A DNA stretch of 61,105 nucleotides from the IMG/VR virus record IMGVR_UViG_3300025771_000029, positions 1 to 61,105 of that record; one strand, written 5' to 3'. Positions within the stretch are counted from its first letter, which is position 1, and each line of letters starts with the position of its first letter. The DNA comes from a virus. Taxonomy: Duplodnaviria > Caudoviricetes. The translations under genes were made by a program, and so were the position numbers. The notes beneath the pieces were generated by a model. That model saw only the letters and a list, made by a program, of their open reading frames with translations. It made no database searches and was not told the origin of the DNA. This document shows positions 28,415 to 36,722 of this stretch, piece after piece.

Positions 28415-28684
28415 ATTTCTTTGTCCATTGCAGTTTTCTTGGGGCTAGGTTTCAGCAACATGTTTCTCCATTTGCCGTCACTGGATAACTGCTGGCATTG
28501 CCAAATGTGTTTGCGTTCGTTCATGACGCCACTCCAAAAAGTAATTTGATGTGGTAACGCATTACGTCTATGGAGTCGGACATAAGACACAAAGCGCTGC
28601 CTTGCTCGGGGTAGTCTGCGGCTAGCTCATCTAGCTTTTCGTAGGCTTCATCGAGGTGATTTAAGATGGCCTGCGCTTCACTGC

Positions 28685-28990
28685 TCATGACGCCACTCCT
28701 TTCGGATCGTGAGTGCGCCAGCCGAGCTTGCGGTAGGGAAACTTGTCGGTCTTGATCATGCCGTATGATTCATGGCGCATGGTTCGTTTCATGAAGAACA
28801 ACAGCACGCTGACAATAGTCCCGGCGGTGAGTGCTGCCATCATGCCGCTGAACGTGCCTGCGAGCAGGAACATAAGCAGCACAGTGACGAACAAATCGAC
28901 ATAGATGTCGTAGTTAATGACCCTGCGGACACCGAACTTGAACAACAGAAACAACATGCCCGCAGCGGCTATGAGTCCCGCTAATAACAT
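28685..28990 (-). CDS. Membrane protein (about 3 TM)
   Basis: Hydrophobic 101 aa, RBS AAGGAG. Confidence 0.65.
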   Translation of the reverse strand: MLLAGLIAAAGMLFLLFKFGVRRVINYDIYVDLFVTVLLMFLLAGTFSGMMAALTAGTIVSVLLFFMKRTMRHESYGMIKTDKFPYRKLGWRTHDPKGVAS

Positions 28991-28993
28991 AAG

Positions 28994-29188
28994 TCACTCC
29001 TTGGTTTTGATTGGTGGGGTGCATAGAAAGTTGGTAAGAATGTCGCGTTTGTTAGCCGTGCTAGTACACAGCTCTATGATTAGTTTTTGGATAACTGGTC
29101 GGTTCTCTGCACGGACGCACGATTCAACGTGAGCTGCTGCCATATCAGTTAGCTTGGTCCATGGGTCATGGTTGAGGTTGTTAGTCAT
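28994..29188 (-). CDS. Small hypothetical protein
   Basis: Coupled ORF, RBS GGAG. Confidence 0.5.
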   Translation of the reverse strand: MTNNLNHDPWTKLTDMAAAHVESCVRAENRPVIQKLIIELCTSTANKRDILTNFLCTPPIKTKE

Positions 29189-29481
29189 ATAGGTCTCCCG
29201 TAAATTAATGCGGTACTTGGTGTTAGTTCGTCAGGCGTGGGACATGGTGGGTGGTACGTGACCCATGGTTTACCAAGCCATTTGTTGTGGCAGGGTCTGT
29301 AGTAGACAGCGGCTTTTCCTTCTCGCAGTTTCTTTACTAAGTTTCCTGACTGAGACAACGTGTCGCATGTGTGCCGCACTTTGTTTATTGGCAGACCTAG
29401 ACGCGTTGCAATAGTCCATGCATCAAATTCTTCGCCGCTTCGATACAACCTTGTGTCGAGAATGCGTTCGGCAACAGTCAT
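29185..29481 (-). CDS. Winged-helix DNA-binding protein
   Basis: IATRLGLPINKVRHTCDTLSQSGNLVK. Confidence 0.6.
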   Translation of the reverse strand: MTVAERILDTRLYRSGEEFDAWTIATRLGLPINKVRHTCDTLSQSGNLVKKLREGKAAVYYRPCHNKWLGKPWVTYHPPCPTPDELTPSTALIYGRPI

Positions 29482-29696
29482 GTGTCAGTTTTTGGTACGA
29501 CAGAGAGCACTTTGTTCGCGGCTTCCTGCAACTCTACGTTTGCTTCTTTAGCGTCGTTGAGTGCATCAAGTGCCAGTTGTAGGTCGTCTCTTACTGCTAC
29601 AAGACCCGCCTGCGTTTCTTTCATGAGGTTTATAAACTCTTCATCGGGGGTGAATTCGATTACAAATCCTTCGTTTTCTTCTCTAGGCATAACCAT
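29478..29696 (-). CDS. Small coiled-coil protein
   Basis: 72 aa, RBS AGGAG. Confidence 0.55.
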   Translation of the reverse strand: MVMPREENEGFVIEFTPDEEFINLMKETQAGLVAVRDDLQLALDALNDAKEANVELQEAANKVLSVVPKTDT

Positions 29697-30090
29697 GCTC
29701 CTGTAATAAAGGTGTGAATTCTTGGTTTTCGGTGACGTTGATAACCAGCACGATGTCGCCGGTTTGGGTTACGCGGTACGTGATGGCGACTGTGTCACCG
29801 ATACCAGCGAATGATTTGATGCCGCTGATGCTGAAACGTTTGTCGCCACGGTTACGTGTGCGGTAGAACATAAGCTGCGTTGCGTCACCCTCGACAAACT
29901 CAGCGTTTACCGCACGCTTTTCCCCCGGCTTCATGGTGTCGTAGTCGATACCAAGCAGCTTGGCGAAGGCACGTACTGATGCGTTGGCATCAATAATGTG
30001 TTTCTCAAGCATGGTGCGGGTTAGTTTGAGTACAGCAGGTGGGTTGCTGCCGAGTGTGACGACGTTACCGTCGTTGGTTTTAATGTTCAT
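29683..30090 (-). CDS. Hypothetical protein resembling a stand-alone N-terminal DNA-recognition domain of restriction endonucleases
   Basis: LTRTMLEKHIIDA..SVR.F...FYR...RGD.R..ISGIK..A..GD motif; start set at ATG 30090. Confidence 0.4.
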   Translation of the reverse strand: MNIKTNDGNVVTLGSNPPAVLKLTRTMLEKHIIDANASVRAFAKLLGIDYDTMKPGEKRAVNAEFVEGDATQLMFYRTRNRGDKRFSISGIKSFAGIGDTVAITYRVTQTGDIVLVINVTENQEFTPLLQEHGYA

Positions 30091-30350
30091 GGTGGATAGT
30101 CCTCTGAAGTAAAAGCCCAATCGGCTACGATCTCTATAGGCCATTCAGTGCTGGGTTCTTTGTTGTCTTCGACGTTAGTAACAGTGATATCTGGGTCGTA
30201 AAAATCTAACCCCCTGTCTGTTATTAACAGATCGCCTACAATCTCATGCATATGTTTGTCGGCAATACGGAAAGCTTCGTCGTAGTTGTCGGCAATGACA
30301 TCTATAAACTTGTCAGTAATAAACTGGCCGTGAAATCGGTAGTAGTTCAT
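30087..30350 (-). CDS. Small protein with VIADNYDEA motif
   Basis: RBS GGAGG; coupled ORF. Confidence 0.55.
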   Translation of the reverse strand: MNYYRFHGQFITDKFIDVIADNYDEAFRIADKHMHEIVGDLLITDRGLDFYDPDITVTNVEDNKEPSTEWPIEIVADWAFTSEDYPP

Positions 30351-30505
30351 TGCTCCTCCACTTCGATTACTTCGTACTCGTCGCAGTTGAGGTGCTTGTA
30401 GCTGAAGTCGTCCCAGTAAATTTCTTCGGCTTCTTCAGGGCTATCAGCCTCCACGTAGTAAACGACTAGGTTGGTTTCTTTCACGTAGACTCTGTAATGG
30501 GTCAT
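30347..30505 (-). CDS. Small VEADSPEEA (DpnD/PcfM-like) protein (52 aa, not in the ORF track)
   Basis: MTHYRVYVKETNLVVYYVEADSPEEAEE; RBS GGAGG. Confidence 0.6.
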   Translation of the reverse strand: MTHYRVYVKETNLVVYYVEADSPEEAEEIYWDDFSYKHLNCDEYEVIEVEEQ

Positions 30506-30671
30506 TCATCAATGCCCTCCGTTTCCCGAATAAAAAACTTGACGTGGATAAAGCCGCCCTGCATCGATGAGATGGCGTAATCAAATGGGCAGTTCTCTAC
30601 CCAGTTAAGGAAGCTTTGAATGTTTTTTGCTTGCAGTGTCAGTGCCATGCTTCATGCCTCGTGGTTCAGAA

Positions 30672-31045
30672 TTAGGTGCAACGATTTCGATCCACTGGGA
30701 CGTTGCCGACCAGTTGGCATCCAAACGCGAGCAGTTCTTTACGTTTGGCAGGATCTCCTCCTGTAGTTAGTTGCCCAGCACGCTATGGCCCCAGGCTCCC
30801 CCGGCCCCCGGTGTCGCCGGGTTCTCGGGTGTGAAATAAAAAAAACCCCGATGCCAACTAGTGGCACCGGGGTGGAGTGAATTGGTCAGGCTGGAGCGCT
30901 GTGATACTCCTGTAGTTATTGCCATGCCGCCTGTTGCATGGCTCACCAGCTGAACTGCACTGGTTCCTCCTGTGTAGTTGGTGCCAGATCTTTCCCGCCG
31001 GTCACAGCCAGCGGGACAGCGAGGTGTCTGGCGAAACCTCATGGT
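30672..31045 (-). ncRNA. Candidate structured RNA region (three pseudoknots, GGA motifs, internal terminator)
   Basis: Complementary segments identified by eye; no convincing ORF. Confidence 0.45.
30838..30873 (-). terminator. Rho-independent terminator
   Basis: ACCCCGGTGCCA-CTAGT-TGGCATCGGGGT followed by a T run. Confidence 0.85.
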
Positions 31046-31048
31046 TGA

Positions 31049-31714
31049 TTAAGCGGCCAGTCGCGCGTCGAGCATCTTGGCGCGGTTAGCCATGAAGCCA
31101 GCGAGCTTGGTCGAGTTGTCCTTGGCTTTGAGCTCGTCGACTGTGTTCTGCATGACCTGCATGGCTTCGTCGTATGTAAACGCTGGCGTAGGCTTGAGCC
31201 ACTCACCAGTTGTCTCGTCGAGCACAGACGGGTTGAAGAACAGCAGGTCAATGTCGAATGCTTCGCCGTCGATGCCCAGCTCAGCCATGATCAGAGTCTG
31301 TGTCTGGAACAACAGCTCGTAGTCAGACTGGACAGCTTCCTTGATGCGCTCGGCAGGTACGTCGTGTACACCGACCTCGTCCATAGCGGACTGAGCAAGG
31401 TCAACGCCGTAGATGCCGCCGGACTCCGCTTCCTGTTGCGCCGCGCGTTGGAATGCAATGTCCAGCTTGCGAGCGTTCCACATGATGCGGTCCATGATGT
31501 TCTGGAAGAAACCAAGGACAGCAAATGTGGGGAACGGAGCTGACTCGCGGTCGCCGTTGCACTCGAAGGCGGCTTTGGCAAACGCTACGTCGATGGGCGT
31601 ATCGGCGTCGGTAAACCCAGCAATGTAGTTGGCAAGGTTGGTGTAGAAGGTGTTGCTCTTGCCTTGGCAGAGACGGGTCAACGCACCGGGGATGAATGAT
31701 TCTTTCATGTTCAT
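31049..31714 (-). CDS. Hypothetical early protein (221 aa)
   Basis: Strong RBS AAAGGAG, own promoter upstream and terminator downstream. Confidence 0.8.
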   Translation of the reverse strand: MNMKESFIPGALTRLCQGKSNTFYTNLANYIAGFTDADTPIDVAFAKAAFECNGDRESAPFPTFAVLGFFQNIMDRIMWNARKLDIAFQRAAQQEAESGGIYGVDLAQSAMDEVGVHDVPAERIKEAVQSDYELLFQTQTLIMAELGIDGEAFDIDLLFFNPSVLDETTGEWLKPTPAFTYDEAMQVMQNTVDELKAKDNSTKLAGFMANRAKMLDARLAA

Positions 31715-31735
31715 AAGAACTCCTTTCTGGTTTGA

Positions 31736-31752
31736 GATTAGTACTGCTAATA
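31736..31752 (-). promoter_or_regulatory. Operator/promoter (TTGCAT-17-TAATCT)
   Basis: GATTAGT-ACT-GCTAATA. Confidence 0.8.
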
Positions 31753-32137
31753 ATGCAATGCAAGAAACTATGTCCTAGTAAAGTCTCCTGCATGCTCACT
31801 GGTAACGACCGGCTGCGAGGAACGAGCAGTCGTTGTGTCTTCGAATACGATGTCGCCGTCGTGTTCTGTGTGGTACACGAACGGTTGATCGTCGTCTGGT
31901 TCATGGCACATGGTTCACATCTCCATAAACAGAAAGTCGACAAGAAGCGACAAAGGCAGTAGCCACCACATGTGACGTGCTACCCATACGCGCATACGGT
32001 TCTTGGTCCACCGAAGAGCCCTGATAACAGGGGTCATGACGGTGTACTTGGCGTCGATCCACCAGAACTTGAGCCCATAGCGGAAAAACAAACGCACATC
32101 CGTGCGAAGTTGGTTCATTGACATGGTTCATGCCTCC

Positions 32138-32500
32138 TTAAACGTTGACCACGCGTGTGATCAGGTTGTATTTGCTGGCCTGCTGAATCATGTGAGCAGT
32201 GCCGCGTGATTTGTTGTGAGAGAACGCAATAAGAGCGTCTGCGTACTCCGCCATTTTGACGTTGCGCTTATAACCAGCGCTCTTGCCGTAGGTGTTCCAC
32301 TGAGCAGGGAACAGAGTGAGTGCGTAGCCGTGATCTCTGGCGTACTTCTCGCCTAAACGATCTGCGCCTCTGGCATTACCAGAGACAATTTCAATTGGCT
32401 TCTTGGTTCGTGACAGGCACTCATCACAGGTGCGCTTGAGCAGATCGTAGTCGAGAAAGTCGCGAGATCCGGCGATGATGATGCGGTGAAAGTCGGACAT
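32138..32500 (-). CDS. SLOG superfamily (DUF2493/YspA-like) protein
   Basis: IIIAGSR.F, VSG.ARGAD, AG..RN..M and SRGT.HM motifs. Confidence 0.85.
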   Translation of the reverse strand: MSDFHRIIIAGSRDFLDYDLLKRTCDECLSRTKKPIEIVSGNARGADRLGEKYARDHGYALTLFPAQWNTYGKSAGYKRNVKMAEYADALIAFSHNKSRGTAHMIQQASKYNLITRVVNV

Positions 32501-32502
32501 GC

Positions 32503-32814
32503 TTAGTCCCTCCATTCCATGTAGGTGTGTGTTTCAGGGATGGGCTTCAGGTTGAGATGCTTGGCAAATGCCTCAGCTTCTTCTCGGGTAGCGAACTCTT
32601 TTGGCAACCATGAGTTCTCGTCCTCGTAATCGATGTAGTCCGTGTCAGGATCACCGATGTAGTGGCAGACAATGAAAGTGGTGCTAGTTGGGTCTTCGTG
32701 TGGACATGCGTACCACTTACGAAGCTTGCGAGTGTGGGCTTGGTAGCCGGGTTTGAAATCATGGTCCATGAGAAATGCCTCGTGATTCATGGATCGATAT
32801 ACAGTGGTGTACAT
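32503..32814 (-). CDS. Hypothetical protein
   Basis: 103 aa ORF with FATREEAEAF motif; start uncertain. Confidence 0.55.
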   Translation of the reverse strand: MYTTVYRSMNHEAFLMDHDFKPGYQAHTRKLRKWYACPHEDPTSTTFIVCHYIGDPDTDYIDYEDENSWLPKEFATREEAEAFAKHLNLKPIPETHTYMEWRD

Positions 32815-32889
32815 CGATACAGGTAAAAAATGGGTAAAAAGGGCAAAAATGGCTGTGGAGATCGACGAAGATCGCTACAAATAACTGCA

Positions 32890-33158
32890 TGTACCAGCAT
32901 GTACCAGCATGTACCAGCAATGTACCAGTAAAAAAGACAAAAAAGTTAATAAAAACAACTGTGTACCACTTGTACCAGCAAAAGTGAGTTTTACTCGTAG
33001 ATAAAACGTGTTTTTGAAAATCGGGTTATGTGTGAACCCAAAAAAGGTGGTACAAGTGGTACAAGTGGTACAAATGTGTGAAAAAGCAATTAAAACAACA
33101 GGTTACAGCTGTGCCAGAAGTGGTACAGAGCTGGTACAGAGCTGGTACAAGTGGTACA
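32890..33158. repeat. Inverted iteron array, putative replication origin
   Basis: Six TGTACCAS copies (32890-32978) facing seven STGGTACA copies (33047-33158) around AT-rich spacers. Confidence 0.75.
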
Positions 33159-33225
33159 GGCCTAGTCGGCGTCCTTGAACACGTCCAGCGTGAGGAACTG
33201 CCGCCGTGACAGGAGCACGTCTACA

Positions 33226-33295
33226 GGCACCATGTCGCATGCATCATGCTCCACGATCTCTGGTTCATGCACAGGGATGCATGGTTCATGGTCCA
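33226..33295. repeat. Degenerate 7-bp tandem array (TGNNNCA), 10 units
   Basis: ggcacca tgtcgca tgcatca tgctcca cgatctc tggttca tgcacag ggatgca tggttca tggtcca. Confidence 0.75.
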
Positions 33296-33334
33296 GTTGC
33301 AGGTCGAGTTGAGTCGGTATCATGGCAAGTCTCC

Positions 33335-33541
33335 TTATCGGTAAGAGCGACGTTGTTCGGCGTCGAGTTCTGCGTTGAGCTCACGGAGCATCTCCATGGC
33401 GAGATCCCAGTTGCCGTGCTGTGCTTCATGCACCCAGCGACGACGCTTGATGGCACGTAGGACTGGAACGAAGATGAGGTTGGCGAGGAAACGTTCGATG
33501 GCAACGTAGATGTCAATTACGAAAGTGATGAGTTTGAACAT
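33335..33541 (-). CDS. Hypothetical protein, first gene of the minus arm
   Basis: RBS AGGAG, 68 aa. Confidence 0.6.
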   Translation of the reverse strand: MFKLITFVIDIYVAIERFLANLIFVPVLRAIKRRRWVHEAQHGNWDLAMEMLRELNAELDAEQRRSYR

Positions 33542-33801
33542 GTTGTAACTCCTATCAATCGAGCGTCATTGCTCACAAAACAGACCGACCCACGACGACG
33601 AAGGAGGAGGGTTACTGCCAGACAAGGTTCGATGCATGCGTCATGAGACAAGGTTCATGTACCGCGATCCGGGGTTTGGGGTTGGTTGTGCACGGGCAGG
33701 GGAGACAATGAGTGAGTGATTTAGATAAATTTTTTCAAATTTTTTTCTAGCAAAAATTTTTTGCAGCCCTATCTTGTACTGCAAGCGCTGGGGGGCCGTT
33801 T

Positions 33802-34278
33802 GTGGATAAACAGTTGTGTACGCTCTGTAATGAAGAGCTACCAGTCAGTGAGTTCGAACAATACCCAAGCGGAAAATGGCGCATGCAATGTGAACCATGC
33901 CGCATAAAGCATAAGCAGCGTAAACGCCACATGGCTATGCAGCAGTCGCATGAGGCATATATAAGAAACCTGCACACGAAGCTTAAATCCACGCGTAAGA
34001 AAACCCATCTCTGGAACTTGGTTCCTGAAGACTTAATTGATATTTGGGCCGAACAGAAGGGTAAGTGCGCGGTATCGGGCGTTGCGTTGACACATCATCT
34101 GGATGGGTCAGGAGTCAAAGAGTTCAATGCGTCAATTGATCGCATCAACAATGATCAAGGTTATTCGCGAGAGAATGTTCGCTTAGTTGCCTACAGAATC
34201 AACATCATGCGACATACATTATCCACAGATATGTTTTGGTGGTGGGTCAAGACTATCCATGATCACTCTTGTGATTAA
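33802..34278 (+). CDS. HNH-like endonuclease upstream of terminase
   Basis: CxxC zinc motifs; Q.GKCA.SG and SIDRINNDQGYS..NV.LV motifs. Confidence 0.75.
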   Translation: MDKQLCTLCNEELPVSEFEQYPSGKWRMQCEPCRIKHKQRKRHMAMQQSHEAYIRNLHTKLKSTRKKTHLWNLVPEDLIDIWAEQKGKCAVSGVALTHHLDGSGVKEFNASIDRINNDQGYSRENVRLVAYRINIMRHTLSTDMFWWWVKTIHDHSCD

Positions 34279-34279
34279 G

Positions 34280-34296
34280 TATTAGCGCAGGTAATA
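34280..34296 (+). promoter_or_regulatory. Operator/promoter (TTGTGA-17-TAATAT) for the packaging operon
   Basis: TATTAGC-GCA-GGTAATA. Confidence 0.8.
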
Positions 34297-34304
34297 TTAG
34301 AGGC

Positions 34305-34586
34305 ATGTCCGATTACCAGACAGAAGCATACGCAATAGAGGGTCTGGCTGAAGCTGTCATCGGAATTGGACTTCGCGATTCGGGACGACAAGTTTTGGTC
34401 TACGACGCGATAAGTGTGCAAGACATATTGGAAAGCTCGGGTTCGGGACTTTCGTTTGGCGCGTTCTTAGAGGCTTTGAATATAGAGGGTCTCGGTGAGC
34501 GCGCACCTATGTTTATTTGGTTGGATGACGACATCAAATATGAGCTTAAAGCAGTTGGCGCAGGATCAGGCTATCGACTCCATTAG
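34305..34586 (+). CDS. Small hypothetical phage protein
   Basis: GLAEAVIG...VYD...NI.G.GE.AP pattern. Confidence 0.6.
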   Translation: MSDYQTEAYAIEGLAEAVIGIGLRDSGRQVLVYDAISVQDILESSGSGLSFGAFLEALNIEGLGERAPMFIWLDDDIKYELKAVGAGSGYRLH

Positions 34587-35076
34587 TGATCCTGCGGAGT
34601 TAACGCATTCTGAGTTCCAGTCCCACCTACCTTATATGGGCTTGGACTTAAATTCCTTGACGGTGCAGCAAGAGAAGTTAGTCATGCTCGTTGCATCAGG
34701 TATGTCGATTGCAGCTGCTGGAAGAGCAGCGGGTTACTCGCATAGCAACAAAGTTTATGACGCGATGGCACGGCCCGAATGTAAGCGGGCGCTAGAGTAC
34801 TTTCGTGAGCAGGCGCGAGAGAAGGTCAATTTCACGGTGGCTAACGCACACTCTATGTATATGGAGGCGTACTCCGCATCTGCTACCGCGACCGAGATGA
34901 AGAATACGACGGACAGTCTCGTCAAGTTGCATGGGCTGGTGCAGAACGAGCCGCAGACGCAGGTCAACGTGCAGATAAATGCATCGGCTAAGCAGCTGGA
35001 GCGGCTGTCGGACGAAGAGCTGATAAAGCTGGTGGGAAAAGACGAGCACTACTTGGAGCCTGTCGTTGGAGGTTGA
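34540..35076 (+). CDS. terS: Terminase small subunit
   Basis: LTVQQEK...AAGRAAGYS HTH, KLHGL; directly upstream of TerL. Confidence 0.75.
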   Translation: MSLKQLAQDQAIDSISDPAELTHSEFQSHLPYMGLDLNSLTVQQEKLVMLVASGMSIAAAGRAAGYSHSNKVYDAMARPECKRALEYFREQAREKVNFTVANAHSMYMEAYSASATATEMKNTTDSLVKLHGLVQNEPQTQVNVQINASAKQLERLSDEELIKLVGKDEHYLEPVVGG

Positions 35077-36721
35077 AAAACGAGAATGCAGCGTCTGCAG
35101 AACGTTTCAGCCTGAGACGCTGTTCGCAAGCTCTGAAAGTAACGACTGTGTGTATTGCGTAGCTAAGCAGCAAGAGGCTCTTCCTGCTGCGAAAGAGAAA
35201 GAGGAAGAAGAGCCGCCCAAGGAGGAGATGAGCCTTGAAGATAAAGCTAAAGCAGAACTGGCGCTACGCATCCTTACTAGAAAGCGTCTGCTCCCGTTTG
35301 TCGAACGCTTTAACCCCGATTACAGCGCTGGCTGGGTCCATAAAGACATCTGTCGTCGGCTGGAGCAGTTCAGTCGCGACGTGGCTGAAAAGAAAAGTCC
35401 AAGACTTATGCTCTTTATGCCGCCTCGACACGGCAAGAGTACGCTTGCGTCGATTGCGTTCCCGGCTTGGCATCTGGGTCGACACCCTGACCACGAATTT
35501 ATTTCTTGCTCGTACTCAGGTTCGCTTGCGATGGGCTTCAGTCGTAAGGTCCGTTCGCTACTACGTGATCCTTCCTATAAAACAGCGTTTAAGACGCGCC
35601 TTGATCCAGATTCGCAAAGCGCGGAAGCGTGGCTTACTACCGGTGGCGGCGGGTATGTTGCTGCTGGTGTTGGCGGCGGTATTACTGGTAAGGGAGCTCA
35701 TGTTCTCGTCATCGACGATCCAGTAAAGAACCGTGAAGATGCTGAAAGCCAGAATAATCGCGAAGCTAACTGGGACTGGTACACGTCGACTGCTTATACG
35801 CGTCTCGCTCCTGGTGGTGGCGTACTTGTCATTCTCACTCGCTGGCATGATGACGATCTTGCTGGAAAGCTCCTTCGAGCGGGTTCCGAAGGTGGTGATG
35901 AGTGGACCGTTGTTAAGTACCCCGCAATTGCCGAAGAAGACGAAGAGTTCCGCACCACTGGAGATGCACTACACCCAGAGCGGTATGACGTAGAGGCGCT
36001 GCAGCGTATTCAGCGCGCAGTTGGCCCAAGAGATTGGTCGGCGCTGTACCAGCAGAACCCGGTTGCAGACGATGGTGATTACTTCTCACGAAGCATGATC
36101 CAGTACTACGACTCAGACGACATAGATTTGGATCGGATGAAGTTCTACTGCGCGTGGGACTTGGCGATTGGTAAGAAGGATCGTAACGACTACTCGGTTG
36201 GCATGGTGGTCGGCATCGATGAGATGGAACATATATATGTTGTAGATGTAGTGAGAGGGCGGTTCGACGGCTTTGAGTTGGTCGAGCAGATTCTCGACAT
36301 GTACGAGCTGTGGCGTCCGTCCATTGTGGGTATTGAGAAGGGTCACATTGAGATGGCGCTAGGGCCGTTCCTAGAGAAGCGGGTCAGAGAGCGCGGTTTA
36401 TATGAAGCGTATTTCAAAGATCTGAAAACAGGTAGGCGGGATAAGGAGGCGCGGGCCAGAGCCATCCAAGGACGTATGCAGCAGGGCATGGTGCACTTTC
36501 CGCGCAATGAGATATTTACCGGGCCGTTGGTTGCAGAGTTGCTGCGTTTCCCCAACGGGGTGCATGACGATCAGGTTGATGCGTTGGCATGGCTCGGTCT
36601 CATGATGACGGAATTTGCGGTCTTTACCGCGCCAGTAATTAGAGAGCCATCTTGGAGAGACCGGCTTGACTACTTAGTGAAAGGATCTGCGACTAGGTCA
36701 CGATCCGCGATGAGTGCTTGA
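35066..36721 (+). CDS. terL: Terminase large subunit
   Basis: MPPRHGKS, IDDP, TRWH.DDL, LYQQ.P, WDLA and HDDQVDA motifs. Confidence 0.95.
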   Translation: MEVEKRECSVCRTFQPETLFASSESNDCVYCVAKQQEALPAAKEKEEEEPPKEEMSLEDKAKAELALRILTRKRLLPFVERFNPDYSAGWVHKDICRRLEQFSRDVAEKKSPRLMLFMPPRHGKSTLASIAFPAWHLGRHPDHEFISCSYSGSLAMGFSRKVRSLLRDPSYKTAFKTRLDPDSQSAEAWLTTGGGGYVAAGVGGGITGKGAHVLVIDDPVKNREDAESQNNREANWDWYTSTAYTRLAPGGGVLVILTRWHDDDLAGKLLRAGSEGGDEWTVVKYPAIAEEDEEFRTTGDALHPERYDVEALQRIQRAVGPRDWSALYQQNPVADDGDYFSRSMIQYYDSDDIDLDRMKFYCAWDLAIGKKDRNDYSVGMVVGIDEMEHIYVVDVVRGRFDGFELVEQILDMYELWRPSIVGIEKGHIEMALGPFLEKRVRERGLYEAYFKDLKTGRRDKEARARAIQGRMQQGMVHFPRNEIFTGPLVAELLRFPNGVHDDQVDALAWLGLMMTEFAVFTAPVIREPSWRDRLDYLVKGSATRSRSAMSA

Positions 36722-36722
36722 T

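Noticed and set aside
30983-31040. HDV-like/theta or hammerhead ribozyme
   Set aside because: The nested topology resembles HDV P1/P2/P4 but there is no room for P3/L3/P1.1, and no CUGANGA core was found
31401-31943. Long alternative-frame and antisense ORFs (also 11461-11862, 38181-38882, 16425-16886)
   Set aside because: They overlap better-supported genes or attP, and show no recognisable motifs
32890-33158. CRISPR or mini-CRISPR array (a Cas4-like gene is present)
   Set aside because: Repeats are 8 bp, abutting and inverted, with no unique spacers; solo Cas4-like nucleases are common in phages and no other cas genes were seen
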